A stretch of DNA of 64,000 nucleotides, from positions 12,473 through 76,472 of the forward strand of contig JBBTQQ010000007.1 of assembly GCA_038065615.1 (NCBI GenBank), given 5' to 3'. The position numbers and the translations under genes are program-made. The notes beneath the pieces are model-generated. The model was not told where the DNA came from, ran no database searches, and saw only the letters and a program-made list of their open reading frames with translations. Position 1 is the stretch's first letter. Every line of letters begins with the position of its first letter. Source of the stretch: Patescibacteria group bacterium. Its GTDB lineage: Bacteria; Patescibacteriota; Doudnabacteria; UBA920; VMFF01. This document shows positions 8,146 to 18,674 of the stretch, piece after piece.

Positions 8146-9303
8146 CAAACTAAGTAATATCCAGAATATTAACGCGAGATCATTTTTGAAATATGGAGCA
8201 TCAGCAAATCCATGGAAATATATTGCTGTTAGAAAGAGAATTGTTGATATAGCTAACAATCCTTTTTGCTTTATGGCTTTTGATATAAAGAATATTGTTA
8301 ATCCTAAGAAAGAAATTAATCCAAGGAGTCCTGTTTCAACCCAGAAGTTTAAGAAAATGTTGTGTGGGTAGTTTATTGATGGAAGGTTTGGATCACTGTT
8401 GTATTTATCATAATTAGTTTTGAAACCATAAAGTCCTTTTCCTAAGATCGGTGAATCTTTAATCATTTTGTTTGCTGTATTCCAGAGAGAAAATCTGCTA
8501 ACCGTTGATTTCTCACCCATAAAAGGAAGGATGATTCGGTATCTTAAGTTTGGTGTTGCTAGAACAATTAAAGCTGCAACAAAAAAGCCTATTAAAGCAG
8601 TAATGCGTTCTTTTTTGGTTGCAAAGAAGATTATATATACACCAGCTGCTGCTACAAAACCTACCCAACCTCCCCTAGAAAGTGTTAGTAAAAGGGCGAT
8701 TATTCCAAGGGCGTAGGATATTTTGTATGCTTGGTTTTTTAAAGAATCTTGTTTAACAAAGGGGAGAAGAAATGCGAGTAAAGGTGCTAGGTACAACGCA
8801 AAAGCATTTGGATATTCAAAGACACTTAAGATTCTTTTTGGTTCATTAGCATTCCCCCACCATTCTGTTGGTAATCCAATTAAGGTGAAATATTGAATTA
8901 TGCCATAAGCAGAAATCAACCCGACTGTTATGAAAAGAAGTTTAACAAAACGTATTTTGTTAATTGGGTTTGCAAGGATGAAGGATGAAGGAAAATATAC
9001 TAAAAGAGGCATTAAGAACAAAACTAAAAACTGTCCTGCTGCTCTGTGCCAATCAGGAGAAACAAATGCTGAGATTAAACCTGATATGAAGAAAAGAAAA
9101 AAAAGTTTCTTTAAAGTCTTTGGTTGAGATTTTATGAATGCAGTAAATTCTTTTGTTGTTTTGTTTTTGATGGTCCAGATTACGAAGGAAACTAAAAATA
9201 TTGCAACTAGTATTTCAAGAAAGTTGCTTGGGATTCCGAATATTGAAAATCGGATGACATAAGTAGGAGCAAGAATAAACAGAAGACTTAGAAGGTAGAA
9301 CAT
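8143..9303 (-). CDS. O-antigen ligase (WaaL/Wzy_C) family membrane protein
   Basis: 386 aa polytopic membrane protein with an LSRGGWVGF..-type O-antigen ligase domain segment. Confidence 0.65.
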   Translation of the reverse strand: MFYLLSLLFILAPTYVIRFSIFGIPSNFLEILVAIFLVSFVIWTIKNKTTKEFTAFIKSQPKTLKKLFFLFFISGLISAFVSPDWHRAAGQFLVLFLMPLLVYFPSSFILANPINKIRFVKLLFITVGLISAYGIIQYFTLIGLPTEWWGNANEPKRILSVFEYPNAFALYLAPLLAFLLPFVKQDSLKNQAYKISYALGIIALLLTLSRGGWVGFVAAAGVYIIFFATKKERITALIGFFVAALIVLATPNLRYRIILPFMGEKSTVSRFSLWNTANKMIKDSPILGKGLYGFKTNYDKYNSDPNLPSINYPHNIFLNFWVETGLLGLISFLGLTIFFISKAIKQKGLLAISTILFLTAIYFHGFADAPYFKNDLALIFWILLSL

Positions 9304-11823
9304 CTATTTAAATTTTAATTTGATGCTTGTGTCAGCAGTGTTCCCTTTGTCATCAACAGCGTGTAGTGCAAAAGTGTGGACGCCTGATGGAAGTTGTTGA
9401 GATATCTGGAAACTGTATGGTTCAGTGTCTATGCTCTGGACAAATGAACCGTCAATTAACAGATCAACTCTTGTTATTTTATTGTTCACGTCAGGAGAAA
9501 TATGTGTTTGTATTATGAAAGGTACTAGGTTTATGGTTGATCCATCAGGAGGAGAAATAACAGTGATTGTTGGTGGATTGCCAACGTCTAGTTGACCATT
9601 TGTTGGCTGACTTGGTGTTGGGGTTATTGGCATATCTCCTTTCGGAATGTATGAATAGCCGTGGTTTAAAGCCCATGTAGCAACAGGTTGTTCCCAGGAA
9701 ATATTGTCTGGTCTTTCAGAGTGGAGTGTTGTTACTCCACCGGCAAGGTGTAGGTCATCATATTCTTTTGGTACAGAAAAACTTGCAAAGATCTCTGTCT
9801 TTGTTGCAGTCGTGTATACCCCTGGAAGTTTTCCAGAGAGCGCATCAACAATAATGTTTTGAATACCATCAGGGACTGGGAATTGTTCTACTACTGTTCC
9901 TTTGAGTGCTTCGCTCATGAATTGTTTCCAAATTGGTGCAGCTGTCATGACAGCATCCATTTTCATTAATGTTCCATCGTTGTTTCCTGTCCAAACCCCT
10001 GCAACTAATGATGGAGTAAAACCAACGGCCCAGCCATCGTGGAAGTTCTGTGTTGTTCCTGTTTTTGCAGCAACAGGTCTGCCAGGAAGTGTTAGATAGA
10101 CTGAGCTAGAACCAAAAGTAAATTGTCTTGATTCATTGTCAGTCATGATACTTATTAATTCATATACGCTTTGAGGATCAAGAACTTCCTTGCTTTGATC
10201 TTTGTATTCTTCCAGAACATTTCCATTAGCATCTTCTATTTTTAAAATACCTGCGGTTTCGTGATGTACACCTTCGTTTGCAAATGTTGCATAGCCACTC
10301 ACATGATCAACCAGAGTTACTTCACATCCACCTAGAACTAAGGATAGACCACAATTTTTTAATGGACTTGTTATACCAACATCGCGCATTGTTTGAACTG
10401 CGTTGTCTACTCCAATTAGGTCTAGGGTTTTAACTGCTGGAATGTTTAGAGAACCTGCGAGTGCTTTCCTTATAGAAACAGGACCATGTACTTGCCCATT
10501 GTAGTTTTTTGGAATGTAATCTTTGTTACCATATTTACCAAAGTTTGTTTCTACATCTAATCTGAGTGTTGCTGGAGTTTGAGCAAATTCTGGTTTGAAT
10601 GCTGTGACATAGATATATGGTTTCATTGAAGAACCAGCTTGTCTTAATGCTGTTGCTACGTTTACTTCAGGTTCAAATGTGCAGTTTAAGCCTGGTTTAC
10701 ACCCGGTTGGGGTTGGGTCTGCAAAGAAGTCTTTAGAGCCCACCATTGCTAATATTTGCCCTGTTTTGGGGTCTATTGCCACCAAGGCGGCATTGTTACC
10801 ATTGTAGGCTTTAGCGTTTTTTATGACACCATCTTCAATTACTTTTTCCGCTATTTCTTGTAGCTTTAAATCAAGCGTTGTTGTTATTTTTAACCCGCCA
10901 CTTTCAAGGTTTGTGTCACCATATTTAGCAGCGACGTAGCTTTGAATGTATTGAACAAAGTGTGGTGCTGTAATTCTGTTTTTTATTTTTTGGAAAGCTA
11001 CTTGTTCGTTTTTTGCTTGGTTGTATTGTTCTTCTGTAATGTACCCTTGCTTTTTCATTTCTGAAAGAACAGTATTTTTTCTTGCATCAAGAGCATCTCT
11101 GTGGCTTCCGTTTGGTTGGTAGTATGTTGGTGATTGTGGAAGAGCAGCAAGGTATGCTGCTTCAGCTAGTGTTAAATCTTTTGCGTGTTTGTTAAAGTAT
11201 GTTTGCGCTGCAGCTTCAACACCATATGCATTGCTACCATACGGGATTTCGTTTAGGTAGAGTTTTAAAATATCGTCTTTTGTAAATCTCTCGTTTATTT
11301 CTATTGAAAGAATTATTTCTTTTACTTTTCTAGACCATGTTTTTTCTCTGGTTAAAACCGCGTTTTTAACAAACTGTTGTGTGATTGTACTGCCACCTTG
11401 TGTTTTGCTTCCTGAAATGAGGTTTACAAAAACAGATCGCATTATTCCCTTCAGGTTGATTCCACTTTCTTTGTAGAAGTTCTTATCTTCTATTGCAATG
11501 GTTGCATTTTTAATGTAGTCATTCATTTCTGAAAAAGGAATGAGGGTTCTTTTGTATTCACCATGTACTTCGTAAAGGAGGTCACCGTCTCTAGAAAGGA
11601 TTTTTGTTGATTGAGCAACTTGTCTAGTAAGTAAACGGTTTGGATCGGGAAGATCTTTTGAATACCAAATGAAAAGGAAAGCAATTGTTGCTAAACCTAG
11701 TGCTGTTAAACGTATGATCCAGCTCCAAAAACGCTTGGTTTTAATGAGGTTTATTAGTTTATTCCAGAAATTAACCCCCTTTTTTATGTACTTTTGGGGT
11801 CTGTAATAGTTTACTTTATTCAT
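9304..11823 (-). CDS. Class A penicillin-binding protein (transglycosylase + transpeptidase) with C-terminal Ig-like extension
   Basis: GT51 motif GGSTITQQ and transpeptidase motifs SSMKP, SLN and KTGT. It has an N-terminal TM anchor. Confidence 0.9.
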   Translation of the reverse strand: MNKVNYYRPQKYIKKGVNFWNKLINLIKTKRFWSWIIRLTALGLATIAFLFIWYSKDLPDPNRLLTRQVAQSTKILSRDGDLLYEVHGEYKRTLIPFSEMNDYIKNATIAIEDKNFYKESGINLKGIMRSVFVNLISGSKTQGGSTITQQFVKNAVLTREKTWSRKVKEIILSIEINERFTKDDILKLYLNEIPYGSNAYGVEAAAQTYFNKHAKDLTLAEAAYLAALPQSPTYYQPNGSHRDALDARKNTVLSEMKKQGYITEEQYNQAKNEQVAFQKIKNRITAPHFVQYIQSYVAAKYGDTNLESGGLKITTTLDLKLQEIAEKVIEDGVIKNAKAYNGNNAALVAIDPKTGQILAMVGSKDFFADPTPTGCKPGLNCTFEPEVNVATALRQAGSSMKPYIYVTAFKPEFAQTPATLRLDVETNFGKYGNKDYIPKNYNGQVHGPVSIRKALAGSLNIPAVKTLDLIGVDNAVQTMRDVGITSPLKNCGLSLVLGGCEVTLVDHVSGYATFANEGVHHETAGILKIEDANGNVLEEYKDQSKEVLDPQSVYELISIMTDNESRQFTFGSSSVYLTLPGRPVAAKTGTTQNFHDGWAVGFTPSLVAGVWTGNNDGTLMKMDAVMTAAPIWKQFMSEALKGTVVEQFPVPDGIQNIIVDALSGKLPGVYTTATKTEIFASFSVPKEYDDLHLAGGVTTLHSERPDNISWEQPVATWALNHGYSYIPKGDMPITPTPSQPTNGQLDVGNPPTITVISPPDGSTINLVPFIIQTHISPDVNNKITRVDLLIDGSFVQSIDTEPYSFQISQQLPSGVHTFALHAVDDKGNTADTSIKLKFK

Positions 11824-11841
11824 ATATGGATTATATCTTAG

Positions 11842-13041
11842 ATGCTTAAAAGTTGCTATAATATCAACATGAAAACAGATATAAACGAAATATTAATCAG
11901 GGGCGTTAATGAAATTATTGACCTGGTTAGTTTAAAGAAACGTCTTAGTGGTAAAAAGAAATTGCGTGTTAAATTAGGAATTGACCCAACAGCAAAATCT
12001 ATTCATATTGGAAGAGCTGTTGTTTTGTGGAAGTTAAGAGCTTTGCAAGATGCTGGTCACAAGATTGTTTTGATAATTGGTGATTTTACAGGATTGATTG
12101 GAGACACTTCAGACAAAGATAGTGAACGACCAATGCTTTCTACAAAAGAAGTTAAAGCAAATATGAAGAACTATATCTCTCAGTTTGGAAAGATTGTTGA
12201 TTTAAAGAAAGCAGAGATACATTACAACTCAAAGTGGTTGAAGAAGCTTGGATATCTAGAAATTGCTGAACAGGCTGATCAGTTTTCTTTGCATGAGTTT
12301 GAAGCTCGAGAAAATATTGCTCGTAGAACTAAAGAACAAAAGCGAGTTAGTTTAAGAGAGCTTCTCTATCCCCTTATGCAAGGTTATGATTCTGTTGCTA
12401 TTAAGTCTGATCTGGAAGTTGGTGGAACAGATCAACGTTTTAATTTGCTTGCAGGAAGAGTATTGCAACGTTTTTACAAGCAGACTCCGCAAGAAATTAT
12501 GACGTTTGATTTGTTAGAAGGAACCGATGGTAGAAAGATGAGTTCTTCTTGGGGTAATGTCATTAACATTACTGATTCTCCTTCTCAGATGTTTGGCAAG
12601 ACAATGTCTATTCTAGATCGTTTGATTGTTCCTTATTTTGTTATGTGTATTCCACATATTTCTGTTTCAGAGATTGAGGAAATTGAAAAAGGTTTGAAAG
12701 AAGGAAAGTTAAATCCAAGAGACGCGAAAGCTCACTTAGCTACTGAATTGGTTCGTTTGTATCATGGTAACAAAGCAGCTGAAGCAGCAATGGCTGGTTT
12801 TGATAGGGTGCATAAGGACAAGGGAACACCAACGAATTTAAAGGGTTTTAAGCTCGCAGAACGAAGTATTATTGAGGTTTTAATTGGTGCAGGACTAGCT
12901 CAAAGTAATAGTGAGGCAAGACGTTTGATTGATCAGGGAGGTGTAAGGATTAATAGTAAAACTTGTGAAAGCTATATCTCGATTGTTCCGAAAGACTCAA
13001 TTGTTCAGGTGGGTAAAAGAAATTTTGTAAAGATAATTTAA
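11842..13041 (+). CDS. tyrS: Tyrosyl-tRNA synthetase
   Basis: Class I HIGH-like (SIHIGRAV) and KMSKS (KMSSS) motifs, with a C-terminal S4-like domain. An alternative ATG lies at 11869. Confidence 0.85.
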   Translation: MLKSCYNINMKTDINEILIRGVNEIIDLVSLKKRLSGKKKLRVKLGIDPTAKSIHIGRAVVLWKLRALQDAGHKIVLIIGDFTGLIGDTSDKDSERPMLSTKEVKANMKNYISQFGKIVDLKKAEIHYNSKWLKKLGYLEIAEQADQFSLHEFEARENIARRTKEQKRVSLRELLYPLMQGYDSVAIKSDLEVGGTDQRFNLLAGRVLQRFYKQTPQEIMTFDLLEGTDGRKMSSSWGNVINITDSPSQMFGKTMSILDRLIVPYFVMCIPHISVSEIEEIEKGLKEGKLNPRDAKAHLATELVRLYHGNKAAEAAMAGFDRVHKDKGTPTNLKGFKLAERSIIEVLIGAGLAQSNSEARRLIDQGGVRINSKTCESYISIVPKDSIVQVGKRNFVKII

Positions 13042-13069
13042 AAAACAGGGCTTCAAGCCCTGTTTTTTT
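13041..13069. terminator. Bidirectional terminator between tyrS and the ABC transporter
   Basis: AAAAACAGGGCTTCAAGCCCTGTTTTTTT. Confidence 0.7.
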
Positions 13070-14828
13070 ATGCTTTGTTAAATCCTCCGGCTTGGATCTG
13101 CCAAAGTTTTTGGTAAGTTCCTTTGTTTGCTTTGAGAAGCTCTTTGTGTTTTCCTTCCTCAGTTATTTCTCCATTTTCAATGACAATGATTCTGTCCATG
13201 TTCATGATTGTTGAAAGTCTGTGAGCAATGACGATTGTTGTTTTCCCATGCATGAGGTTTATCATCGCATCTTGAATTAGTTTTTCAGACTCAGAATCAA
13301 GAGATGAGGTTGCTTCATCAAGAACAAGGATAGGAGCATTTTTTAGTATTGCTCTTGCTATTGCGATTCTTTGTCTTTCACCACCTGAAAGTTTAACTCC
13401 CCTTTCTCCAACGTAGGTGTTGTATTGATCTGGGAATTTATTTATGAACTCATCACAGTGTGCAAGTTTTGCAGCTACTTTAACTTCATCATCTGTGGCA
13501 TTTAGTTTTCCGTAACGGATGTTTTCCATTAAAGATCTATGGAAAAGAATTGGTTCTTGAGGAACAAGTGAAATGCCTTCTCTTAAGCTTGTTTGAGTAA
13601 CTTTAGAAATGTCTTGGTTATCAATGTATACTTTTCCTTTTTGTAGATCAAAGAATCTGAAGATTATTCTTGTAATTGTTGATTTACCACCACCAGAGGG
13701 ACCAATTAAAGCAACTTTCTCCCCTGCTCGTATATCAAGATTAAACTTTTTTAGAATGGATCCTGTTTTTTGATATCCGAATTCAACATTTTTAAAGCTT
13801 ATTGTTCCTTCAGTTACAGTTAAATCTTTTGCTCCTTTGATGTCTGCTACCTCATGAGGTGTTAGTAAGATGTCAGTCATTTCTTGAGCATCTGACATTG
13901 CTTCATAGTATTTACGAATGTTTTTACCAAAGTTCCAAAGATGATCAAACAACCCAATTATATATATTTGAATTAATACAAAGTCACCAACTGTTAGATG
14001 TGCGCTTTCCCTGTATTTTATGGCAAAGTAAAAGACGCCAAATTCTAGTAGCACCATAAATAGTGACTGAATCATTTCAGCAACGCCTGCCAGGGTCCAG
14101 CTAAAATGCTGTATCTTGTACCATTTTTGTTGAAGGGCGTTGAATGCTTTGATTTCAAAGTTGAGAGTTCCAAACAGCTTTATATTGATGTTGTTTGTTA
14201 TCGTATCTGCTAGTTGACCAGTTAGTTGACTGTCGATTTTTGATCTTTCAACATCATATTTTAGTTTGTATTCTGAAAAGAAGAATTGAAAACCAATGTA
14301 TGCAAAAGCCCAGACTAAGACCACTGCTCCAACGACCCATTGTCGTGTGGACAGAATAACAACAATTATTATGATTCTAAGAAGTGTTTGGGAAATGTTC
14401 CAGTAAGCAATGTCCACGATCGTTTCAAATGATCTAGAGAATTTGTTTACTTTCCTTACTAAGCTTCCTGCAAAGTTGTTGTTGAAGAAATTGTATGAGT
14501 GCTCTTGTAGATATTTGAAACAAGTGTTGGTTAAGTCCTTTATGACTCTGAGTTCAAAGAATTGGTTTAGAAAAGTTGCGCTTCTCCAGAAAACCCATGA
14601 CGTTAAAGCAGCGAGTAACATGTATACAAGGATGGTAAATAGCCTTGTTGTCATTCCTGGTTGGTTTAGCGCAATCTCATTGAACAACATTTTGTAGAGG
14701 AATGGTCTGAAAAGATCAGCAGATACAGCACAAATCATTGTTAAAACCATTATGAAAAATATCCAGGGATATTTTTTTGAATGATCCCAGAATATTCGAA
14801 TTGTTTCTTTTGTTAGGTGTTTGTTCAT
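13068..14828 (-). CDS. ABC transporter, fused permease/ATP-binding (MsbA-like exporter)
   Basis: Six TM helices followed by an ABC domain (Walker A GPSGGGKST, signature LSGGERQR, Walker B ILVLDEATS). Confidence 0.9.
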   Translation of the reverse strand: MNKHLTKETIRIFWDHSKKYPWIFFIMVLTMICAVSADLFRPFLYKMLFNEIALNQPGMTTRLFTILVYMLLAALTSWVFWRSATFLNQFFELRVIKDLTNTCFKYLQEHSYNFFNNNFAGSLVRKVNKFSRSFETIVDIAYWNISQTLLRIIIIVVILSTRQWVVGAVVLVWAFAYIGFQFFFSEYKLKYDVERSKIDSQLTGQLADTITNNINIKLFGTLNFEIKAFNALQQKWYKIQHFSWTLAGVAEMIQSLFMVLLEFGVFYFAIKYRESAHLTVGDFVLIQIYIIGLFDHLWNFGKNIRKYYEAMSDAQEMTDILLTPHEVADIKGAKDLTVTEGTISFKNVEFGYQKTGSILKKFNLDIRAGEKVALIGPSGGGKSTITRIIFRFFDLQKGKVYIDNQDISKVTQTSLREGISLVPQEPILFHRSLMENIRYGKLNATDDEVKVAAKLAHCDEFINKFPDQYNTYVGERGVKLSGGERQRIAIARAILKNAPILVLDEATSSLDSESEKLIQDAMINLMHGKTTIVIAHRLSTIMNMDRIIVIENGEITEEGKHKELLKANKGTYQKLWQIQAGGFNKA

Positions 14829-15298
14829 ATTTTTTTAAATCCTGCACAAAGTGCTATGGCTAAAGCATCCGCTGCATCATCAGGCTTAGGAAGTGTTTTT
14901 AGGTTAAATGTTTTTTGAACCATTAATTGGACCTGTTTTTTTTCTGCTTTACCGTAGCCGCAGATGATTGATTTAACTTGTAGTGGTGTAAATTCCTGGA
15001 GCTTTATCTTTTTTTGTTGAAGCGTTAGTAGTACCACACCTCTTGCTTGGGAAACAGTCATTGCAGTTTTGGCATTGTTTTCAAAGTATAGTTTTTCAAC
15101 TCCCGCAACTTCTGGTTTATATTTAGCTATTATTCTAATCAGGTCTTTTTGAACCTCAACTAATCTTTCAGAGTCGGTTTTGGTTTTTTTGGTTGAGATG
15201 ACTCCAAAATCAAGTATTTCAAAGCTGTTGTTTTTAAGTTTTTTGATTAAAGCATAGCCTGTTGTTGCTGTGCCTGGATCTATTCCGAGTATGATCAT
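14825..15298 (-). CDS. ruvC: Holliday junction resolvase RuvC
   Basis: MIILGIDPGTATTGYALI N-terminus and 157 aa length. Confidence 0.9.
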   Translation of the reverse strand: MIILGIDPGTATTGYALIKKLKNNSFEILDFGVISTKKTKTDSERLVEVQKDLIRIIAKYKPEVAGVEKLYFENNAKTAMTVSQARGVVLLTLQQKKIKLQEFTPLQVKSIICGYGKAEKKQVQLMVQKTFNLKTLPKPDDAADALAIALCAGFKKI

Positions 15299-15308
15299 AG
15301 TTTGTAGG

Positions 15309-16019
15309 TTAAAGGTTTCCTGATGTGTGTACTGCTACCACATCTTCATCATCTGAAAGCGCATCGAAGAGTTTTTGAACTGATGTGGTTTGTTCTGCGT
15401 TAAGAGCAACCCCCTGTGATGATTCCATTATTATTTCTGCTTGCGCTATTTTTGCACCAACTGTTGTTATATTGTTTTTAATTTTTTCTAAGTCTTCTGG
15501 TTTTGTGTATATTTCTAGACCTTCTGTTGATTCTCTTACATCATCAGCACCAGCATCAATGGCTGAAAGCTCGATCTCTGAAAGGTTCTCTGCTCTTTCA
15601 ACAAGGATTTGTCCTTTGGTTAGAAATTGCCATGCAACTGATCCGGGTTGGCCAATGTTTCCGCCATTTTTAGCGAATATTGTTCTGATGTTTTGGAATG
15701 TTCTGTTTGGATTATCACTAGCTGCTTCAACAATGAACGCTGTTCCTGCTGGACCATAGCCTTCATATTGTAAGGTGTGCATGTTGCTTGCGTCTGTACC
15801 AGATGCTTTTTTTATTGCTCTTTCAATATTGTCATTAGGCATTGCGTTTTCTCTTGCTTTTTGGATTGCTAAACGCAACTTAAAGTTAGTGTCAGGACTT
15901 GAACCGTCTTTTGCAGCTATAGTTATTTGTTTTGAAAGCTTTGAGAAGAGAGCTCCTTTTTTAACATCGGCTGCTCCTTTAGACCTTTTTATTTGTGCCC
16001 ATTTTGAGTGTCCTGACAT
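15309..16019 (-). CDS. yebC: YebC/PmpR family DNA-binding regulator
   Basis: MSGHSKWAQIKRSKGAADVKKGALFSKL is the hallmark YebC N-terminus. Confidence 0.9.
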   Translation of the reverse strand: MSGHSKWAQIKRSKGAADVKKGALFSKLSKQITIAAKDGSSPDTNFKLRLAIQKARENAMPNDNIERAIKKASGTDASNMHTLQYEGYGPAGTAFIVEAASDNPNRTFQNIRTIFAKNGGNIGQPGSVAWQFLTKGQILVERAENLSEIELSAIDAGADDVRESTEGLEIYTKPEDLEKIKNNITTVGAKIAQAEIIMESSQGVALNAEQTTSVQKLFDALSDDEDVVAVHTSGNL

Positions 16020-16020
16020 G

Positions 16021-16686
16021 TTATTTAAAGCTTACTAGTACAGTTATCTCCCCTTTTACACTGCCCCTTGCTTCTAGTTTGTTTAGAACTTCTGTTGCTG
16101 TTCCTCTAATGAATTCTTCGTGCATTTTTGTAAGTTCTCTTGCAACAACCACTTTTGAGTTTGGCCAGGTGTTTGCAATGAAGCCAACGCTTTTAATGAT
16201 TCTATGTGGGGATTCATAGAAAATTATGGTTGCTTCTAGTTCTTCCGCGCTTTTTAATTCATTGGTAAATTTAATTTCTGTTTTAGGTACAAAGCCAAGG
16301 AAGATGAATTTGTCAGTAGGTAAACCTGATGCACATAATGCGGTTATTGCAGCATTTGGTCCAGGGATAGGCACAACTTGTATTTCCTTTGCAATTGCTG
16401 CTCTAACAATTCTAAAGCCCGGGTCTGATATTCCGGGAGTTCCCGCATCACTTAGAAGCACTGCATTTTTGTTCGCTATTTCTTTTAATACTATTGGTAG
16501 TTTTTCTTGTTCATTGTGTTCTGCAAACTGAATGAATCTTTTTGCAGGAATGTTTAAGTGCTCAAAAAGACGTTTTGAGTAAGATGGGTTTTCAGCAATA
16601 ACTAGATCACAATCTGCGAGAGTTTGTTTTGCTCTGTCAGAAAGATCAGAAAGGTTCCCTATTGGAGTTGATAGTACGTACAACAT
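16021..16686 (-). CDS. rsmI: 16S rRNA (cytidine1402-2'-O)-methyltransferase RsmI
   Basis: Tetrapyrrole-methylase fold with LYVLSTPIGNLSDLS N-terminus. Confidence 0.8.
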   Translation of the reverse strand: MLYVLSTPIGNLSDLSDRAKQTLADCDLVIAENPSYSKRLFEHLNIPAKRFIQFAEHNEQEKLPIVLKEIANKNAVLLSDAGTPGISDPGFRIVRAAIAKEIQVVPIPGPNAAITALCASGLPTDKFIFLGFVPKTEIKFTNELKSAEELEATIIFYESPHRIIKSVGFIANTWPNSKVVVARELTKMHEEFIRGTATEVLNKLEARGSVKGEITVLVSFK

Positions 16687-17315
16687 TATTTTGAGTAGTG
16701 GGTTAATTTTAATCCGTGTTCAATGCATTTGTCTTTTCTTGCAGTGCAGTATTTTCTTCCAAGCCAGATTAGTTGATCGGCGAATTTGATCCAATCTTTC
16801 TCTGGAACTATTTGCATTAACTCCCCCTCTATTTTAGCAGGATCTGTGTGTTTAGTCAGACCAAGACGCTTAGCTACTCTTTTAACATGTGTATCAACAA
16901 CAAAACCTGATGTAATACCAAACGCGTGTCCTAAAACTACGTTTGCTGTTTTGCTTGCTACCCCTGGAAGTTTAATGAGTAGTTTCTTTTCTCTTGGTAT
17001 CTTGTCTTTGTATTCTTCGTGGATTATTCTGCTTGTTTTCTGGATCATTTTAGCTTTGTTTCTGTAGAAAGTAACTGGGTATATGTCTTTTGTTAGTTGA
17101 TTGATGTTTGCGTTTGCAAAGGCTTTTGGTGTTTTGTATTTCTTGAAAAGCGGTTTTGTTATTTTGTTTACAAGAGTATCAGTGCATTGTGCTGAGAGAA
17201 TTGTTGCGATTAGTAGCTGAAAAGGAGTCTTGTATATTAAAGAGGTTGTTGTTTTTGGAAACAATCTGTCTAGTTCTTTCTTTATGTTTTTGACCCTGAT
17301 TTTTAGGTTTTGCAT
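16686..17315 (-). CDS. nth: Endonuclease III (HhH-GPD DNA glycosylase)
   Basis: LPGVASKTANVVLGHAFG HhH-GPD motif and C-terminal Cys cluster. Confidence 0.85.
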   Translation of the reverse strand: MQNLKIRVKNIKKELDRLFPKTTTSLIYKTPFQLLIATILSAQCTDTLVNKITKPLFKKYKTPKAFANANINQLTKDIYPVTFYRNKAKMIQKTSRIIHEEYKDKIPREKKLLIKLPGVASKTANVVLGHAFGITSGFVVDTHVKRVAKRLGLTKHTDPAKIEGELMQIVPEKDWIKFADQLIWLGRKYCTARKDKCIEHGLKLTHYSK

Positions 17316-17612
17316 GAGGTTATCATAACATGGGGGGTTGTTTACAAAAACAAAACTCTCCCGAAAGGAGAGTTTTGCTGAAAAGTTCCACTAAAGAGCT
17401 ATTTAACCATTGCAATGTATTTATCGCAATTATAATGTTAGTGAACCTAACACTTTGTTTTTGTATTCAATTGTATTTTATTTTTGTTTCAATTCACCTC
17501 ACGGCGAATTTGAACTTTTCTAAATCTATTATATCAGAAAAAACGACTTTGGTCAATGGTTTGTTGAGTTTGGATATATGCGATATACTGTTTTTAGAAT
17601 TAAATTTGAAGA

Positions 17613-18551
17613 ATGAATCCACAAAATATTTTGAGTGTTAGATTTTTGTTAGGGAGATCTTGGGAAATATACAAAACAAAGTTTGCTCTTTTGTTTGGCA
17701 TATTATCAGCACCTTTGGTTGTTATGGTTTTGTCGTATCTTTTATCAGAGCTTTTGCCTCCGCTTTCTTTTGTGTTGCTCATCTTGGCAGGGTTGCTTGG
17801 TTGGGCAAGTCAGCTTGCTATGATTTATGCATTAAAGACACCAGGAGTTGGTGTTTTGGAAGCATACAAGTTAGGGTTGTCTAAAATATTGTCAGTTATA
17901 TGGATCGGAATATTGATTGTTGGTAATTTAGCTTCTGCTATTGCTCTGCCTTTGATTCTTGCCTTTGTTGCTTTGTCTATCAAAGAAGCTGGGATGCTTG
18001 AATCATCAAAGACTCTGTTCTTTACAGTTTCAGGAGCTGGTATATTGTTAGCTGTCTTAGGCGTTATTTTTGCGATATATTTGAGTATTCTTTTTCAGTT
18101 TTCTACATATTCCTTGATTATTGACGATCATAAAGGTGTTAATGCTCTTTCTGCAAGCACTAGCTTAGTTAAGGGAAGATGGTTTATGGTTTTTGTGAGA
18201 ATCCTCGCAATGGTGGTTATCTTTACTATCCCGGTTGTTATACTAGATATGTTTATGCAGGATCAACAAGGTTTGTTTAATTTAATTCAGTCAGCCTTTG
18301 GATATATCATTGCTCCGTTTATTGTTGCATATATGTACAGTTTGTTTGTTGGTATGAAAGAAGAGAAAGTGGTTAATGTAGAAGAAAATGTTAATCAAAG
18401 GGATTGGGTTGTTGGACGTGCTGCCTTTGGTTTTGCAACAATTCTTGCTTTGCTCTTGTTTTTGATTGTTGTTCAGAAGACAACGTATTTTCCGGGTTTG
18501 AAAGAAAAGCTTGGCGTTATGAAGGCGCAGAGTAGTATATACACTAAGTAA
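17613..18551 (+). CDS. Hypothetical polytopic membrane protein
   Basis: 312 aa with multiple TM helices. Architecture is similar to the ORF at 58191. Confidence 0.5.
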   Translation: MNPQNILSVRFLLGRSWEIYKTKFALLFGILSAPLVVMVLSYLLSELLPPLSFVLLILAGLLGWASQLAMIYALKTPGVGVLEAYKLGLSKILSVIWIGILIVGNLASAIALPLILAFVALSIKEAGMLESSKTLFFTVSGAGILLAVLGVIFAIYLSILFQFSTYSLIIDDHKGVNALSASTSLVKGRWFMVFVRILAMVVIFTIPVVILDMFMQDQQGLFNLIQSAFGYIIAPFIVAYMYSLFVGMKEEKVVNVEENVNQRDWVVGRAAFGFATILALLLFLIVVQKTTYFPGLKEKLGVMKAQSSIYTK

Positions 18552-18555
18552 TTAA

Positions 18556-18586
18556 AAAATCCCCGACACTGTTCGGGGATTTTTTC
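18556..18586. terminator. Rho-independent terminator
   Basis: AAAAAATCCCCGACACTGTTCGGGGATTTTTT. Confidence 0.7.
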
Positions 18587-18662
18587 TGGTGGGCATGCCA
18601 GGACTCGAACCTGGGACCAATTGTGTATAAGACAATCGCTCTACCAACTGAGCTACATGCCC
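18587..18662 (-). tRNA. tRNA-Ile (anticodon UAU)
   Basis: Manual cloverleaf GGGCATG/TA/GCTC..GAGC/G/ATTGT-CTTATAC-ACAAT/TGGTC/CCAGG-TTCGAGT-CCTGG/CATGCCC/A/CCA. CCA is encoded. Confidence 0.7.
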
Positions 18663-18674
18663 TTAAGCTGCCTA

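Noticed and set aside
11824-11841. T-box leader for tyrS
   Set aside because: Only 18 nt separate tyrS from the divergent PBP gene, so there is no room for a T-box. No T-box consensus is present.
15385-16531. Several 74-124-aa + strand ORFs
   Set aside because: All are antisense to yebC and rsmI and lack start-site signals.
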